A stretch of DNA of 44,517 nucleotides, taken from the sequence record MF153391.1; one strand, 5' to 3'. Positions 44,385 through 44,517 of this stretch are shown one piece after another; the stretch's first letter is position 1, and every line of letters begins with the position of its first letter. The notes below the pieces were generated by a model. It searched no databases. It saw nothing but the letters and a program-made list of their open reading frames with translations, and had not been told where the DNA came from. Position numbers and translations under genes: made by a program. The DNA comes from Escherichia phage ST20.

Positions 44385-44517
44385 CTACCTTTTATCCATG
44401 TACTCATCGACTATGTCAATTATGTACCTGTGCTCTACAAGCCACGCCAACATATTTTCTGGCCTGACATCGCCGTTTGGGGCACTGCCGTACAGAATGC
44501 AGTCATTATAGCAATCC
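44385..44517 (-). CDS. C-terminal part of the wrap-around small ORF whose ATG lies at 139
   Basis: Same frame as 1-139 across the 77-bp overlap; ends ...LVEHRYIIDIVDEYMDKR with stop at 44385-44387. Confidence 0.3.
   Translation of the reverse strand, partial: DCYNDCILYGSAPNGDVRPENMLAWLVEHRYIIDIVDEYMDKR
44441..44517. repeat. Terminal 77-bp exact direct repeat (copy 2)
   Basis: Identical to 1-77. Confidence 0.9.

Noticed and set aside
1-44517. Integrase, excisionase, CRISPR array, tRNA genes
   Set aside because: No tyrosine or serine recombinase-like ORF, no spacer-repeat array and no tRNA-like structure were seen; the repeats present are promoters, terminators and the paired structured element

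Overview
This window looks like a complete, circularly closed genome of a tailed dsDNA phage of about 44.4 kb: the first 77 bp (1-77) are repeated exactly at 44441-44517, so the unique length is about 44,440 bp. All calls rest on reading the supplied six-frame translations and the raw sequence by eye; no database search was run. Layout: (i) a leftward block of small early genes at 1-6470, many translationally coupled through a recurring 15-mer junction, with a holin/holin-like/GH24 endolysin cassette at 2578-3626; (ii) a rightward replication and recombination block at 6954-19646 (AEP-type primase fused to a RecA-like helicase, XRE-type regulator on the opposite strand, Cas4-like PD-(D/E)XK nuclease, SSB-like protein, family A DNA polymerase, VRR-NUC nuclease, C5-cytosine methyltransferase, SNF2-type helicase); (iii) a leftward structural block at 19675-44255 (tailspike, J-like tail tip protein, distal tail proteins, tape measure, G/GT-type chaperones, major tail protein, neck proteins, Ig-like proteins, major capsid, scaffold, spanins, Mu-F-like head protein, portal, terminase large and small subunits). 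No integrase, tRNA or CRISPR array was recognised. The size and gene order resemble Jersey/K1G-type enterobacterial siphoviruses, but that is an unverified impression. The most unusual signals are: a methyltransferase gene in which two long overlapping frames both carry family motifs; a rightward four-to-five gene cassette (membrane protein, HTH-metallophosphoesterase, T4 Pnk-like HAD phosphatase, P-loop dNMP-kinase-like protein) inserted inside the leftward tail operon; two copies of a ~130-bp non-coding element whose stems show compensatory base changes; and a promoter family carrying an operator-like inverted repeat.
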